NCBI RefSeq assembly: GCF_001194135.2
Contig: NC_068992.1
Location: forward strand, 2,060,230-2,124,229
Length of the DNA stretch: 64,000 nt
Reading direction: 5' to 3'
Source: Octopus bimaculoides
Taxonomy: Eukaryota
Shown: piece by piece, positions 38,690 to 51,538 of the stretch
How positions within the stretch are numbered: position 1 is the first letter of the stretch
Layout: each line of letters starts with the position of its first letter
The notes under the pieces: generated by a model
What the model saw: only the letters and a program-made list of their open reading frames with translations
What the model was told of the DNA's origin: nothing
Databases searched by the model: none
Translations under genes and position numbers: made by a program

Positions 38690-39022
38690 TAGATATGCTT
38701 CGACCAAAGACTGGTCCCGGCCATGTCTAACTTAAGTCAAGTTTTCTGGTATTATGGTCCATTCAAATAGTGAGTTCTTGTTGAGTGAGATGTATCCAGG
38801 TATGGCTAGCTTATCTAGTATTCCTTGAAGAAATTTGTCCAGATTCCGTCTGTAGGTGATGGGATCCTTTTCCTCTTTGATCAGCTTTGAGACAATGTTA
38901 AACAGGGCAGGGCCTGTTGAGGAAAAGAAATTGTGTCGCAGTGTACCTATATGTTGTGATCCTGAATTGGGTAGGGGACGTATGGCCCGTGGTCCTAGCC
39001 TTGGATGAACCTTGAAGCTATT
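38690..39022 (-). mobile_element. 5'-truncated 3' end of a CR1/L2-group LINE with an open ORF2 C-terminus
   Basis: 39016 to 38732 translates without stops: FKVHPRLGPRAIRPLPNSGSQHIGTLRHNFFSSTGPALFNIVSKLIKEEKDPITYRRNLDKFLQGILDKLAIPGYISLNKNSLFEWTIIPENLT*. This matches the N.F...GP.LFN.L...F...LD.FL...PGY...NSL pattern of such ORF2 termini; short 3' UTR, then (TATG/TA)n. Confidence 0.8.
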
Positions 39023-39028
39023 TACACG

Positions 39029-39100
<72 letters not shown>

Positions 39101-39973
39101 ACCAGTGATGGCGATACAATTGACATCATATTTACTATGTTGTTTGTTAAAAGCCAGTTAACTCAGCCTCACACATTTGTTTCTGACCTATGTAGGCACG
39201 GTCGCAAATTACAACTGTGTTTCGAACTCGCGTCGCCGAATCATCTCTACCATCAGTTTATAGCAATACCATTATAGTACACATGGATGTTGTTTGTCTT
39301 AGAGTTTAATCATATGTCCAGATTGCAATTTTGTCTTTTCTTTCAGCCTATTTCCCTCATATTATATTGTATCATTGTATGCTGCGATTCGTTAATAAAC
39401 AAAGACAGGCTTCAGTAGGTGTTTCAAGTAGATGCTATTTACTTTCAAGAGGTCTTGTTTCTATCTTTGTACAACGCAGTCACCATTATGCCGAGTTTGC
39501 ATCGAGAGCCTCGTATTCTAAATGTGAAATGATCGTCAATTGTGTTGGATGCAACCACCAGTGACGTCATTTGATTATACGAGGCGTTGTTTCTCTTGTA
39601 AAACTTTAGTTCCAGAAATTTCACCAATTTCTTGTATGTTTAGAGAGTGAATTACTGAACGTCACATTCTGCGTTTGGTTTAAGTATTGTTATGATATTT
39701 ATTATAACAAGATGCATTATAAAGGTAGCTGCTTACAAGTATGTGGTGACAATTAGGCCATATTAGCTATTGATAAATATCATTACAATTAAACTCTGTC
39801 TTTCATCAATCCAGCGATGATGAAATATAAAACCAGTCAAGACTAGGATAGATATTAATCGAAATACCTGACTAAAAAAATTAAAAAAACGAAAAATAGA
39901 ATAACGATAATAACATTTGGCCTTGAATCTACGCAAGAAATCATTGATTAAAGGGGAAGGACAACTATGGACG

Positions 39974-40356
39974 TTCTTTTATGCTTTAACTTGTATCAGT
40001 CATTTGACTGCGGTCATGCTGGAGCACCGCCTTTTAGTCGAGTAAATCGACCCCAGGATTTATTCTTTGTAAGCCTAGTACTTATTCTATCGGTTTTTTT
40101 TTTGCCGAACCGCTAAGTTACGAGCTGCAGACACACCACCATCGGTTGTCAAGCGATGTTGGTGGCACAAATGCACACATACATATATATATTTATATAT
40201 GACGGGCTTCTTTTAGTTTCCGTCTACCAAATCCACTCACAAAGCTTTGGTCGGCCCAAGGCTATAGTGGAAGACACTTGCTCAAGGTGCCACGCAGTGG
40301 GACTGAAACCGGAACCATGTGGTTGGTAGGCAAGCTACTTACCACACAGCCACTCC
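39974..40356 (-). mobile_element. SINE family B, full length (CORE-like)
   Basis: Reverse complement: A box tggctgtgtgg, B-box-like ggtttcagtcc, CORE-like ggcaccttgagcaagtgtctt, short internal (TA/TG), complete tail. Confidence 0.92.
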
Positions 40357-41775
40357 TTCGCCTATAAATTTCATCGTACTTTCTGAAGCAGAAAGAAGAC
40401 CCTCTATTATCGAAACTAGTGGACAACATAGTACAATATTGCATATTTGGGTGCAAAACTAGAATTATTTATTGAGAATATTGTAGGTCTATCTTATTAT
40501 TTTTCTTAGGATAGTTTTTGAGTCATTATTAAGGATTTTGCCGTTGGCATTTTGTAAATTAGTTTTCTTGTTTAATCGTTTATGTATGTATGTCTACGTG
40601 TGTTCGTATATGTGTGGATGTGTCTGTGCGCATATGTGGAGATGTTTGTGCACATGTGTGTGTGCATGTTTGGGTGCGTTTGTACGTGTGTGTGTTTGTG
40701 TGTGGGTGTGTACGATGGAGTTTGACGTTGGGTAGAGTGCGGAGTGCTCAACAAAACATCTACAGCCTCACTTTCAAGTGTCATTATGAAACGTCAACCG
40801 ATTCATACTCGCTTCACTAAAAGAATATTCTGAAAGAATGCCACTTCAGTTAATCGTCGTCTCCCAAGCTTCCACCATGTTGCTGCACTAACGATATCTG
40901 CCGCAATAAAGAAACTGTCTAATAGCTTCAAGTTATCTCGTTTGATCAGCCGTGATTTATTGACCAGACGTTATTCGTGTAAAACAACGAAATATAGCAA
41001 CAACACTATGGATGTTACAAATGTTAGGAGAGCCCAGTAACATTTGCACTACTAAACAATGACGGTTTAACCACACTTCTAAACAGTAAACAACTCACTT
41101 AAATGGCATTTAAACATTTTATATATATCCTAGTTGTATACAGAAACGGTCTTCTTTACATACTATATCACTTCTTGCAGTGTATAAACACATTTATTTG
41201 GTATGTACGAAAACAAGAGAGGAAGCTAAGATTATAAAAGAGGTCATGTGATCAAACCGTTTATGGTATTAATAGACTTCGAAAAAGATAGTTCTGAAAT
41301 TTTAAAGACATGATTGTTATTTTGTGGTTAAAGAAAGACCTACATGCTGCCAGCTGCAATAATTTCAACCGCGTAATATTCCGAAGAAGATACAGTAAAA
41401 TTGTGCAAAGGAGAAAATAATTTCAGCCAGCATCACTTAACGCATGTACGTATACATATACATAAATGCGTGCATTAATACACGTACATACATGCAGACA
41501 TATAGTCATATACACACACACACGTACACACACACGTATATGTAATGTGTGAGTGATGTTAGTGTGCGTATGTGTAGACATACACACATACACACGTAAG
41601 TATACATGGTGCTTTATGTTTAGAGAAATTGTATATATATGTAGACAGAGGTATGTATGTATGTTTGTATTTATGTATATATATCGACATTTACATATGT
41701 TTATATATGCACGTACATATGTATTTATATATATGTATGTATATATACATAAATACACATATATTCATATATTCA

Positions 41776-41884
41776 TAGCTCGAAACGTCAAAGACTTTCC
41801 GTATTCCCGAGCGTCATACTAATATATACTTTTGTTATTTACACCACCTGTCCTCGTCTGTTGTTATTTTTTGTATATTCTCCC

Positions 41885-41885
<1 letters not shown>
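41776..41885 (+). mobile_element. 5'-truncated copy of the 37.2 kb hammerhead element (only the GCUC-GAAACGUC-AAAGA half remains)
   Basis: tagctcgaaacgtcaaagactttccgtattcccgagcg...tattctccca, then (TA)n. Confidence 0.85.
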
Positions 41886-41924
<39 letters not shown>

Positions 41925-42696
41925 GTATGTATATACATACACACATATATATATATATAGATAGATATACATGCATATGTATATGAAGATCTGATTGCGT
42001 GTGAGGGTACGTGCAAATGTGGCTGCAGATGAAGAGATGTCAAGGTATGTTTCTGAGGGTGAGTGTAGAACGAGTGTTTAAATGTTTCTGGACATGTGTT
42101 TTAATGTAAGCATGCACCTATGTATATTTACATGCATGCATCTATGTAAGCATGCCTTTGTATGTATGTATGTATGTATGTATGTCTGTCTGTATGTATG
42201 TATGCATGCATGTATGAAGCAGAGTGTGAAAGAATCATTGAATTGTTTTCTTAAGCTGTCCATTTGCTTTGACAAGGCACGACTTGGACAACGAGTGAGT
42301 GACAAGGTTGTTTCCGCTGGTCAGTAAATAGTATTAGTTGTTCGTTGAAGTTGTGGAATGTCTGGCTTGTTTTGACAGAGCTGCTGTCAGAGGGAGAACC
42401 TACATTGTGTAAATCAATCGATTATTACATGGCATTTTTACTGAAACCAAAATGTCTACGATTCGTGCACATAAATTATACACACACACACACACACACA
42501 CATATATGTATATGCATATGTACATGTATATTTGTATATATGTATATGTATATATGTGTGTGCGTTTGTGTAGATAGAGAGACAGATAGATAGATACATG
42601 AAAATGCATATATAATATATAGATAATGTATGTATCTATCTATATATATATATATATATATATATNNNNNNNNNNCACACATATATATGTAAAAGC

Positions 42697-42747
<51 letters not shown>

Positions 42748-43216
42748 TAAAACCTATGTGTATATTCATATAAAGTTTCACTGATGGTCAAAGAAAGACT
42801 CTGTCCACCTACGTGATTGCTAGAACCTGTACAAATAACGGCAACATCTTTCTCAAGCCACAATGATTTTCTTATAAAGAACTCAATATATAATACTGTG
42901 TAGTGGTGCTAATTCCTCAATATAAGAATGAATGGTCATAACTTGAGCGCTTCATCAGGGCCGATGTGAGGCAAAAACGATACTGTTTCCTTGATAACTA
43001 TAAACATCTCCTAATAACTGCTTCATGATTTTGATACGTAGGATTCCGTATCAACTGGTCATTTACCTTTTGTTGCCAAGAACATCTTTTCTTTGTTCAT
43101 ATTCCGCAGAGATTATGCCAGGAAATGTTATGAAGATTTCTATGGATGTGTGTACCTAGGTATGCGTGTGTGTAGTGTGCCGTATTTATTCAGTTAGCTG
43201 TAGGTGTGTATGTGCA

Positions 43217-43253
<37 letters not shown>

Positions 43254-43419
43254 ACGCGTTTACATATATGCATATAGACATATGCGTACATATACATGCA
43301 ATTGTAACGCTTAGAAAGACAATCGTTTATACATGAAAGTATGTGCGTACTCGCCAGAAATTTATACTTGGAAGTATGTCTGAGCATGTGTGTGTGCGTG
43401 TGTGTATGAATGTGCTTGC

Positions 43420-43458
<39 letters not shown>

Positions 43459-44220
43459 TCTGTGCCTGCGCGTGCGTGCGTGTGTGTACCCGTAAACACA
43501 CATATATGGACTGGTTTCTTTATATGGAAGTTTGGTGCAATTGTAAAGCGTGTGTATCTGTGTGTGTGTATGTGCGTGTGTGTATGTGTGTGCGCGCGTG
43601 TGGGGGGGGATATCACACCACTTGCCAGAATATCATTCTAACGCTACAATGTGGTCATCGAATGTATCATCAATTTAACAGTTGGACGTAAAATGTCTGC
43701 TTAGTGTCTCGAGCTTGTCTCTCTATTGAGCATCTTTTAACCAGTTAAGAGGCAGTAGAGCTGATAACCGGTTTTGATACGATTCTGTATAAGATATTTA
43801 ATCTTTCACTACTGAGTAACTGGAAACCTCGTATGGCAAAAAATCAATATTATTTAATATGTTCCTCTGCCGATGTAAAAATAATCAAATAACTACATTG
43901 AAACACGTAATATCATCGCCGACAATCCTTGAGAATCGAAGGTGATTGTCCACGAGATTTAACTTCTATAGAGGTAGATGTAATATGTAAAATAAAGTGG
44001 TGTACACACGTCCAGTGGCGGGAAGATTTTAAGACAGAAAGAATGATGTTTAATGCTGTTTCTTCCGACCTATATGGAAAAGCAGTGAAGTAATGAAATA
44101 AATCAAAAGAAAATAGAATTTAGACAATGTGATTTACTGTGGAATATTTCTGTGTATAATTGTATAGGTTTAGAAGCTATTGAAATGGGGAGAGTAAATC
44201 TCAAAATGGAATTCGCGTTA

Positions 44221-44388
44221 CTACGTTCGTGTCTTTCAGTTTCCGTCAACCAAGTCCAACTACAAGGCTTTCGTCGACCTGAAGCTATAGTAGAAGATAC
44301 TTTCCAAAGGTGCCAGCTATGCAGTGGGAATGAACTCGGAACCATGCGGTCTGGAAGCCAACTTCTCACTCACACAGCCACGCCTCCG
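44221..44388 (-). mobile_element. SINE family B head, diverged
   Basis: tctttcagtttccgtcaacc...gctatagtagaagatact...ggaaccatgcggt...cacacagccacgcc. Confidence 0.8.
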
Positions 44389-44434
44389 CCTATGTTTATA
44401 TATATGTATATTATATATAATATCGTTCGATAGA

Positions 44435-44469
<35 letters not shown>

Positions 44470-45790
44470 CTAGACAGACAGACAGCTAGATAGATACATT
44501 TTAAAGTTGAAAAATCTTGAAAAATATGTAGAAATTTACTAATTACCAGATTTTATTCATTTTAATTGACTAAAACAAAATTATGAATTATCAGAATAAC
44601 AGCCAGATATTGGTAAGAAATTTCTAAAGCCTTAAATATTATTTTTTTAATTCTACGAAGCAGCTGATCATTTCTTGCACCGTTCATGTATGCTGCAGAG
44701 AATCGTTTAAGAACCGTCTGTCTTACTGTTCGTCTGTCGGAAGAAGACAAGAACCGTTGATGCATTTAACATTTTTGTTAGTTGAGATACACTGTCTTTA
44801 CTTCAATTAATTCTAAATATGATAAAGTGGAGTTACTTTATTATTATTAAGCTAGTGTTTGGAAAATAAATTATCGATAAGTTTTTATGGAAGTCTTTAA
44901 TTCAGAACTTTTGAAAACGTGATGTTTGTGCTAAGAACCAGAGATAGTCTCAGAGAAGTTGGCATCAAAAAGGTTAATGAGGAAGATTTTAACAAGAGAG
45001 ATTTTGGTAAAGTTTCAGCAGCACAAGGTTTGTGATTCACACACAGTAGAGATGGTAAAGCGCGCGGTTTCCTATCTTCTAGGAGCAGATATAGCAATAA
45101 AATAATGATAACTGAGAAGTATAAAATATGATATTGGTATAACCTATATTTAGAACAGATATCAACGATTGTTATGATTATTGATATACAATTACACAGA
45201 ATTTACATTCATTATCTCAATGTAAAATAGATATTAATAAGCTATAAAACTAAAGTATGAAATCATATGCAAATTAATACGAATGAGAATTATATTTGAA
45301 TTATAGAGAATACTTATTGATATATTAATATAGTTAATTGTATTCATAATATAAAATGCATATATACAATTTGTTTATAGATACTCATTTATACATACAT
45401 ACACACACTCACTTTGTGAGTGTGTGTATATTTTCGTTTGTAACTATGCATTTTTGTTTCCATAAATGGGCTGTACATACAAGCAGACGTTCGTAAACAA
45501 ACACATATAAAGATTTAAAGTACGTAAATGTTTTCCTAAACAGATATACATTTCATTTAAATGACTCCGAGGAAGCAAAAGGATATTGCGCAGAAACTCA
45601 AACCCGAGTGCAATGTTTTCTGGAGCAAAAACAGGTGTAAGCTGAAGATGATTTCGTAACTCACGATATTTTGTTATTCATTAATTGATACAAGCATACA
45701 CACCCATATACATACATACATACATGCATACATACATGCATACATGTGTGCGTGTGCGTGTGTAGTGGTAATATTATATATATATGTGTA

Positions 45791-46170
45791 AGGTAGCGAG
45801 CTAGCAATTCCGTTAGCACGCCAAGCACTATGTGGAGCGGCATTTCGTCGTCCTTTACGGTCTGAGTTCAAATTCCACCCTGGTCGTCTTTGCCGTTCAT
45901 CCTTTCTGGGTCGATAAATTAAGTACCAGTTGCGTACTGGGGTCGATCTAATCGACTGGCCCCCTCCTTAAACATGTCGGGCCTTGTGCCTAGAGTGGAA
46001 AGGAATTTCGTCTTTCTTTACGGTTTGAGTTCGAATTCCGACGATGTCGACTTTGCCTTTTGTCATTTTGGAGTCGGTAAAGTAAGTACCAGTCGAGCAC
46101 TGGGGTAGATGCAATCAACTTACAACCTCTACCAAAATTTCTGACCTTGTGCCAAACTTTGAAATCAACA
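45791..46170 (+). mobile_element. two tandem SINE family A copies (second 5'-truncated)
   Basis: Two successive gagttc(a/g)aattcc...tttgcc...gtc(g)taaa..aagtaccag...gccttgtgcc units. Confidence 0.88.
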
Positions 46171-46248
46171 TTGTGTGTGTGTGTGTATACGTGTCTGTGT
46201 ATTGGCAATAATACCTGCACATGTATATATGCGTTATTATTCTTTTTA

Positions 46249-46643
46249 CGAGGGTGTGTCAAAAAGTAATGCCATTTTGTTTAGGACAGGTATAATTACC
46301 AACACAGGTGCATGTATCATACATCAAAATGAAGCTGGTCCTCTGTGGATCACATCCCTACTTCTCAACATAGTCACCGTTTCTCTCTACAGTTTTCACT
46401 TCCTCGTCAGACTGGAAGTGAAAACTGTAGTGAAGACGTGGCTCAAACAGCCAACAGAATTTTACGGGGCAGGGATACATGCTCTCCTTCGAAGGTGGAG
46501 CATTGCTATTGAGAGAAACGGTGACTATGTTGCGAAGTAGGGATGTGATCCACAGAGGACCATTTTGATGTATGATAAATGTTCCAGTGTTGGTAATTAT
46601 ACCTGTCCTAAACAAAATGGCATTACTTTTTGAGTTACCCTCG
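46249..46643. mobile_element. mariner-derived foldback MITE
   Basis: TA on both sides; ends cgagggtgtgtcaaaaagtaatgcc and ggcattactttttgagttaccctcg; long inverted arms each carry the transposase C-terminal codons (ERNGDYV(A/E)K*). Confidence 0.92.
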
Positions 46644-47370
46644 TATCACAGGTTTTGTTGTAACTCCTGGAGTCTTGCATGCGTAACGTCCTTGCAACAC
46701 CTCTTATTTTTCGAGCACCTTCCGGAGTATTTGAGCGGTTTCAAGCAGTGCTGTTTTTCGCAAGTGCTCCTCCCTTATTGCAGCTCCTATTTGTTCCATG
46801 TATTTCTCAATTATTGTTGTTGTTGTTGTTGTTGTTTCGTTATGCATTTAAAAGAAAGAAACAATCGCACCGCACTGCTCCGTACACCATAACGCAAAGG
46901 TGGATAGGAATATTTCAGTAGAGCATACTCCGATACTGTAGAGGGTTCTTCCCTACCCCTATCCCAAACTACATGATTGATTATGGAAATAAAACTCATG
47001 CTGCAGTTAACATAAAACTTAGGCAAATGAAAATCCGAAAACGTTGATCTTAAAGACTGGCGGGAAATTCTGCATAAGCATAACTGCCCAATAAGACACG
47101 CAGCAACACAGAAGCCAAGGTTTCTTCACTTCCTGTAGACATGGCTGAGAGAGACAGAAAGCGTTCGTTAGGCTGAATTCAGAAACTTTATTATTCCAAA
47201 CGAACTAAAAGGTTCTCATAGGCAATTACGGGAAAACCTTAATAAAAATAACAACAAATTGGCACGTAGTCGTCTTTTCAATATCATTTGTTAAACACAC
47301 ACACACACACACATATTGATATATATATATATATATATATATATGTGTTTATGTGTGTGTACATACACAG

Positions 47371-47436
<66 letters not shown>

Positions 47437-47517
47437 GTGCGTTTGTGTGTATGTGTAAATATATGTGTGTGTACATAAATGTATATATATATAAAAATTT
47501 ATATATAAGCACATGAC

Positions 47518-47520
<3 letters not shown>

Positions 47521-47586
<66 letters not shown>
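47521..47586. repeat. (GA)n microsatellite
   Basis: Direct reading. Confidence 0.98.
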
Positions 47587-47590
<4 letters not shown>

Positions 47591-48981
47591 ATAGTGTAAA
47601 TTTGTGCCAGTTACTCAGTAGATAATTAAATATTCTAACTCATAAAAGTGGTGATTTTAATTAAGATACACATCATAAACTGACTCAGCAACTTTGTATT
47701 AGAAACATTGTATCTGATCATATTCTGTTCTTGCTACTATTATTACTAAACAACACTATCTTTTAACTCTTTTAGTTGTTGTTATTTCTGTTGTTGTTGT
47801 TGTTGTTGCTGCTGGTGCTGCTGTAGTCGTGGTTACAGTGGTTTTGTTCTTGTTATTGATGTGGATTTGGTCATCTCTATTGTTGTTTCTCATTGTTTTC
47901 GATTTTTTAAACTTTGTGTTTTTTTTTATCTACTTTTATAGTTTCTATTATTGTCGTCTCTGTGAGCTACTGTTTTTCATTTAATTGTTATTCTTGTCGT
48001 TCGGGGTGATAGTAGAGTGGGTGCAGCTACTGTCATTGCCATGGCTACAATATTATTATTAAAGTTGCGAGTTCTTTTAATCGAAGCAACTCGATAAAAT
48101 ATTGAGCTTTGATACAGGTAATATATGGTAGTGTTTTTGTAATTGGTAAAGACGGTATTAACATAAACCCATTTAACCCTGGGTTACCGGTGACCGGCTA
48201 TATCAATGCTCAAAGGCATCCCTGTTGTGACCATCCTAGCTTTTCGCATATCCAATCCAGTCACTGGAGAACACCTCAAAATCAGTGTAATTTCCGTCAT
48301 ACCGAAAACTTGGTGTTACATTAAGAACTGCAAGGAACAGGAAAACCCCTGATTTGTAAGGCTACTCCCAGTTTCTATCTGAAGCAGCTACAAATGTCTG
48401 TTCTGTCAGCATTCAATGAACACCTGAGTGGTTTGTAGGAGTGGAAACGGCATTAATTTACTCCCAAACTATTGGTATATATTGCTATCATTTTTCAAAG
48501 ATAGAGCAAACATGTTACACATCAAGGAAGCCATAAGTATTAGTAGAAGAACAGAAAATATATTTAATGATATTGATGTAACCTTGTCGATTTCATACTG
48601 ACCAAACGACACACGTTTTGAGAGAGAGAGAGACAGGAACTAGTACATTCATAATGGAAAAATGAGAGACGCTAGCAGCATCCGCCAGATGTGAACTCTG
48701 CGTCTAAACTTACGTAAATAAAAACCATATTGCAATAACTTTGGCACAGGAGACATTTTCCAACACAACGGCTGGGAAAAGAAAATTAAAGAAAAAGAAA
48801 AAGAATTCCCCAACCTGTGCATGAGACCAGATATTTGAGCAGGGGATAGAGGCAATTATATTGAGCCCATACCGAGGGCACTGGTTTTATAGAACCTGGA
48901 AGGACGGTGGGTAAATACGTCCGGCTACGCTCTGTTGATTCTTCCCTCAAATGCCCCCTCATCACGTAACAACAACAGAAA

Positions 48982-49385
48982 GGGATAAGAAAGGGATGTC
49001 AGAAACATCTAGATAATATCCCAGGATATCAGAAACATCTAAATAATATCCCAGGATATCAGAAACATCTAGATAATATCCCAGGATATCAGAAACATCT
49101 AGATAATATCCCAGGATATCAGAAACATCTAGATAATATCCCAGGAGAGCCATGTCTCAGAGAAATCTAAAAGATTCTGCTAACAAGTACTTCCCACATC
49201 CTTAGAAAAACCCTATCAATTTAAATGTATGTGTTTTACCACATGAAGATATTTCGCTACTGCCCCTGCCAATTCCCCTCCCCAGGCTTTCAGTCATGCT
49301 GTAACATCTCTTACCCTTCACTCGCCGTCGGACGCGGAGTGTGTCTTCGCAAGTGATTGTAACAATCAAGCAGATTAAAAATAAA
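48982..49385 (+). mobile_element. 3' end of an R4/Dong-like (restriction-like endonuclease) non-LTR retrotransposon
   Basis: Translates GIRKGCQKHLDNIP(GYQKHL(D/N)NIP)x4GEPCLREI*KILLTSTSHILRKTLSI* (stop at 49222-49224), like the IPG....E.QK..LLGTAHILRK.L terminus of R4-clade ORFs; then 3' UTR and (GAA/AAC)n tail. Confidence 0.7.
48994..49146. repeat. 30-bp minisatellite, about 5 copies
   Basis: Unit ggatatcagaaacatctagataatatccca; two single substitutions across the array. Confidence 0.97.
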
Positions 49386-49787
49386 GAAGAAGAAGAAGAA
49401 GGAGGAGGAGAACAAGAAGAAGAAGAACAACAACAACAACAACAACAACAACAAGAATGATCTCAATTTTAGCTACCGGGGCTAACGAAGAAACGAACAC
49501 ACTCCATGGTAAAGGTTACAGAAAAGGTTGAAGTGGTCGGTCGTATGTATCATGTGATGTCACTTCTTACAACCGAATTGCTCTTGGCTCTAGACTCGTC
49601 AACGGAGATTTACAGTTAAATGATAGACTCACACAGAAACATGTGTGTCTGTGTGTGCTCTACTTTTTCTCCTTTTTTGTAAACCAAACCTACGCACACA
49701 TGTACACACACGCACACACACATATCGATATTTGAATCTTATTGGATTCTCATCAGTAGCGTCTCTCTCTCACTACACACACACACA

Positions 49788-49872
<85 letters not shown>

Positions 49873-50399
49873 TTCATTTTTTGTATCTGGTTTCCAAGAT
49901 TCTTTACGTGAATTTGTGAATTCAAACAAACATTGTTCTGTCTAGGGAGACTTATCATGCCAATTTAATTAACACACACACTGGTTCAATTCCACCCTTT
50001 AAATATCCCATTTTTTTTGTCAGAGCTCTTTTCTTGCATTTTTGCAACCTTCACAATAACTATCGAATCTATACGTTATAGAGGGCGCGTTTGTTTGTCT
50101 ATTTGAGATTTTGTGGCGTGTGTGTGTGAGTGCCAACGTGCGTGTGTCTGTGTAAGTATGTATGTATGTATGTATGTATTCATGTATGAGTGTTTGTACG
50201 TGTGTGTATATTCTGCATACTCGTGTGTTTCTGTGTGTATGTGTGCTTGTGCATTTGTGTATGTATGTATGCGTGTGTCTGCTTGTGTGTGTACCACTGT
50301 TTCCTTGTGTGAGCGTGTTTGAGAATGTTTATGCGCATGAGTTTGTGTGAGTATGCACGTGCTCCTGTTGTGTATGCATGTGTGTATATATGTGTCTTT

Positions 50400-51043
50400 N
50401 NNNNNNNNNNNNNNNNNNNNNNNNNNNNNNNNNNNNNNNNNNNNNNNNNNNNNNNNNNNNNNNNNNNNNNNNNNNNNNNNNNNNNNNNNNNNNNNNNNNN
50501 NNNNNNNNNNNNNNNNNNNNNNNNNNNNNNNNNNNNNNNNNNNNNNNNNNNNNNNNNNNNNNNNNNNNNNNNNNNNNNNNNNNNNNNNNNNNNNNNNNNN
50601 NNNNNNNNNNNNNNNNNNNNNNNNNNNNNNNNNNNNNNNNNNNNNNNNNNNNNNNNNNNNNNNNNNNNNNNNNNNNNNNNNNNNNNNNNNNNNNNNNNNN
50701 NNNNNNNNNNNNNNNNNNNNNNNNNNNNNNNNNNNNNNNNNNNNNNNNNNNNNNNNNNNNNNNNNNNNNNNNNNNNNNNNNNNNNNNNNNNNNNNNNNNN
50801 NNNNNNNNNNNNNNNNNNNNNNNNNNNNNNNNNNNNNNNNNNNNNNNNNNNNNNNNNNNNNNNNNNNNNNNNNNNNNNNNNNNNNNNNNNNNNNNNNNNN
50901 NNNNNNNNNNNNNNNNNNNNNNNNNNNNNNNNNNNNNNNNNNNNNNNNNNNNNNNNNNNNNNNNNNNNNNNNNNNNNNNNNNNNNNNNNNNNNNNNNNNN
51001 NNNNNNNNNNNNNNNNNNNNNNNNNNNNNNNNNNNNNNNNNNN
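50400..51043. other. assembly gap (N run)
   Basis: N run within (TG)-rich simple repeats. Confidence 0.99.
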
Positions 51044-51469
51044 TGTGTGTGTGTCTGTGTCTGTGTGTGTGTGTGTATGTCTGTGTGTGTGTGTGTCTGT
51101 CTGTCTGTGTGTGTGTGTGTGTCTGTCTGTGTGTGTCTGTCTGTGTGCGTGTGTGTGTATGTATGTATGTATGTATGTATGTAGGGGTGGGTGCATGGAT
51201 GGATGAGTGCATGGATGGATTTAGCCATTGTGCGAGCCGTTATGTGGTCGCTCAACATTTTATAAAGAGCAGTAAAATTCACAACACCACCACCACTAGC
51301 ACACCGTATTAAATAACCGCCGCATAGGCTGTTGTAGTCTGCACAAAAGTCGAGATGGTCAAATCTGAACTGACTCAATCACCTTTGCTATGATGCTAAA
51401 GTAAAATTCTAAAAATTAACAAAACCTAATAACAACAGTACAATGAAATTATCTAATTTTCAAACAATA

Positions 51470-51538
<69 letters not shown>

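Noticed and set aside
48994-49146. CRISPR-like array
   Set aside because: Contiguous units with no spacers, eukaryotic context, and located inside a LINE ORF.
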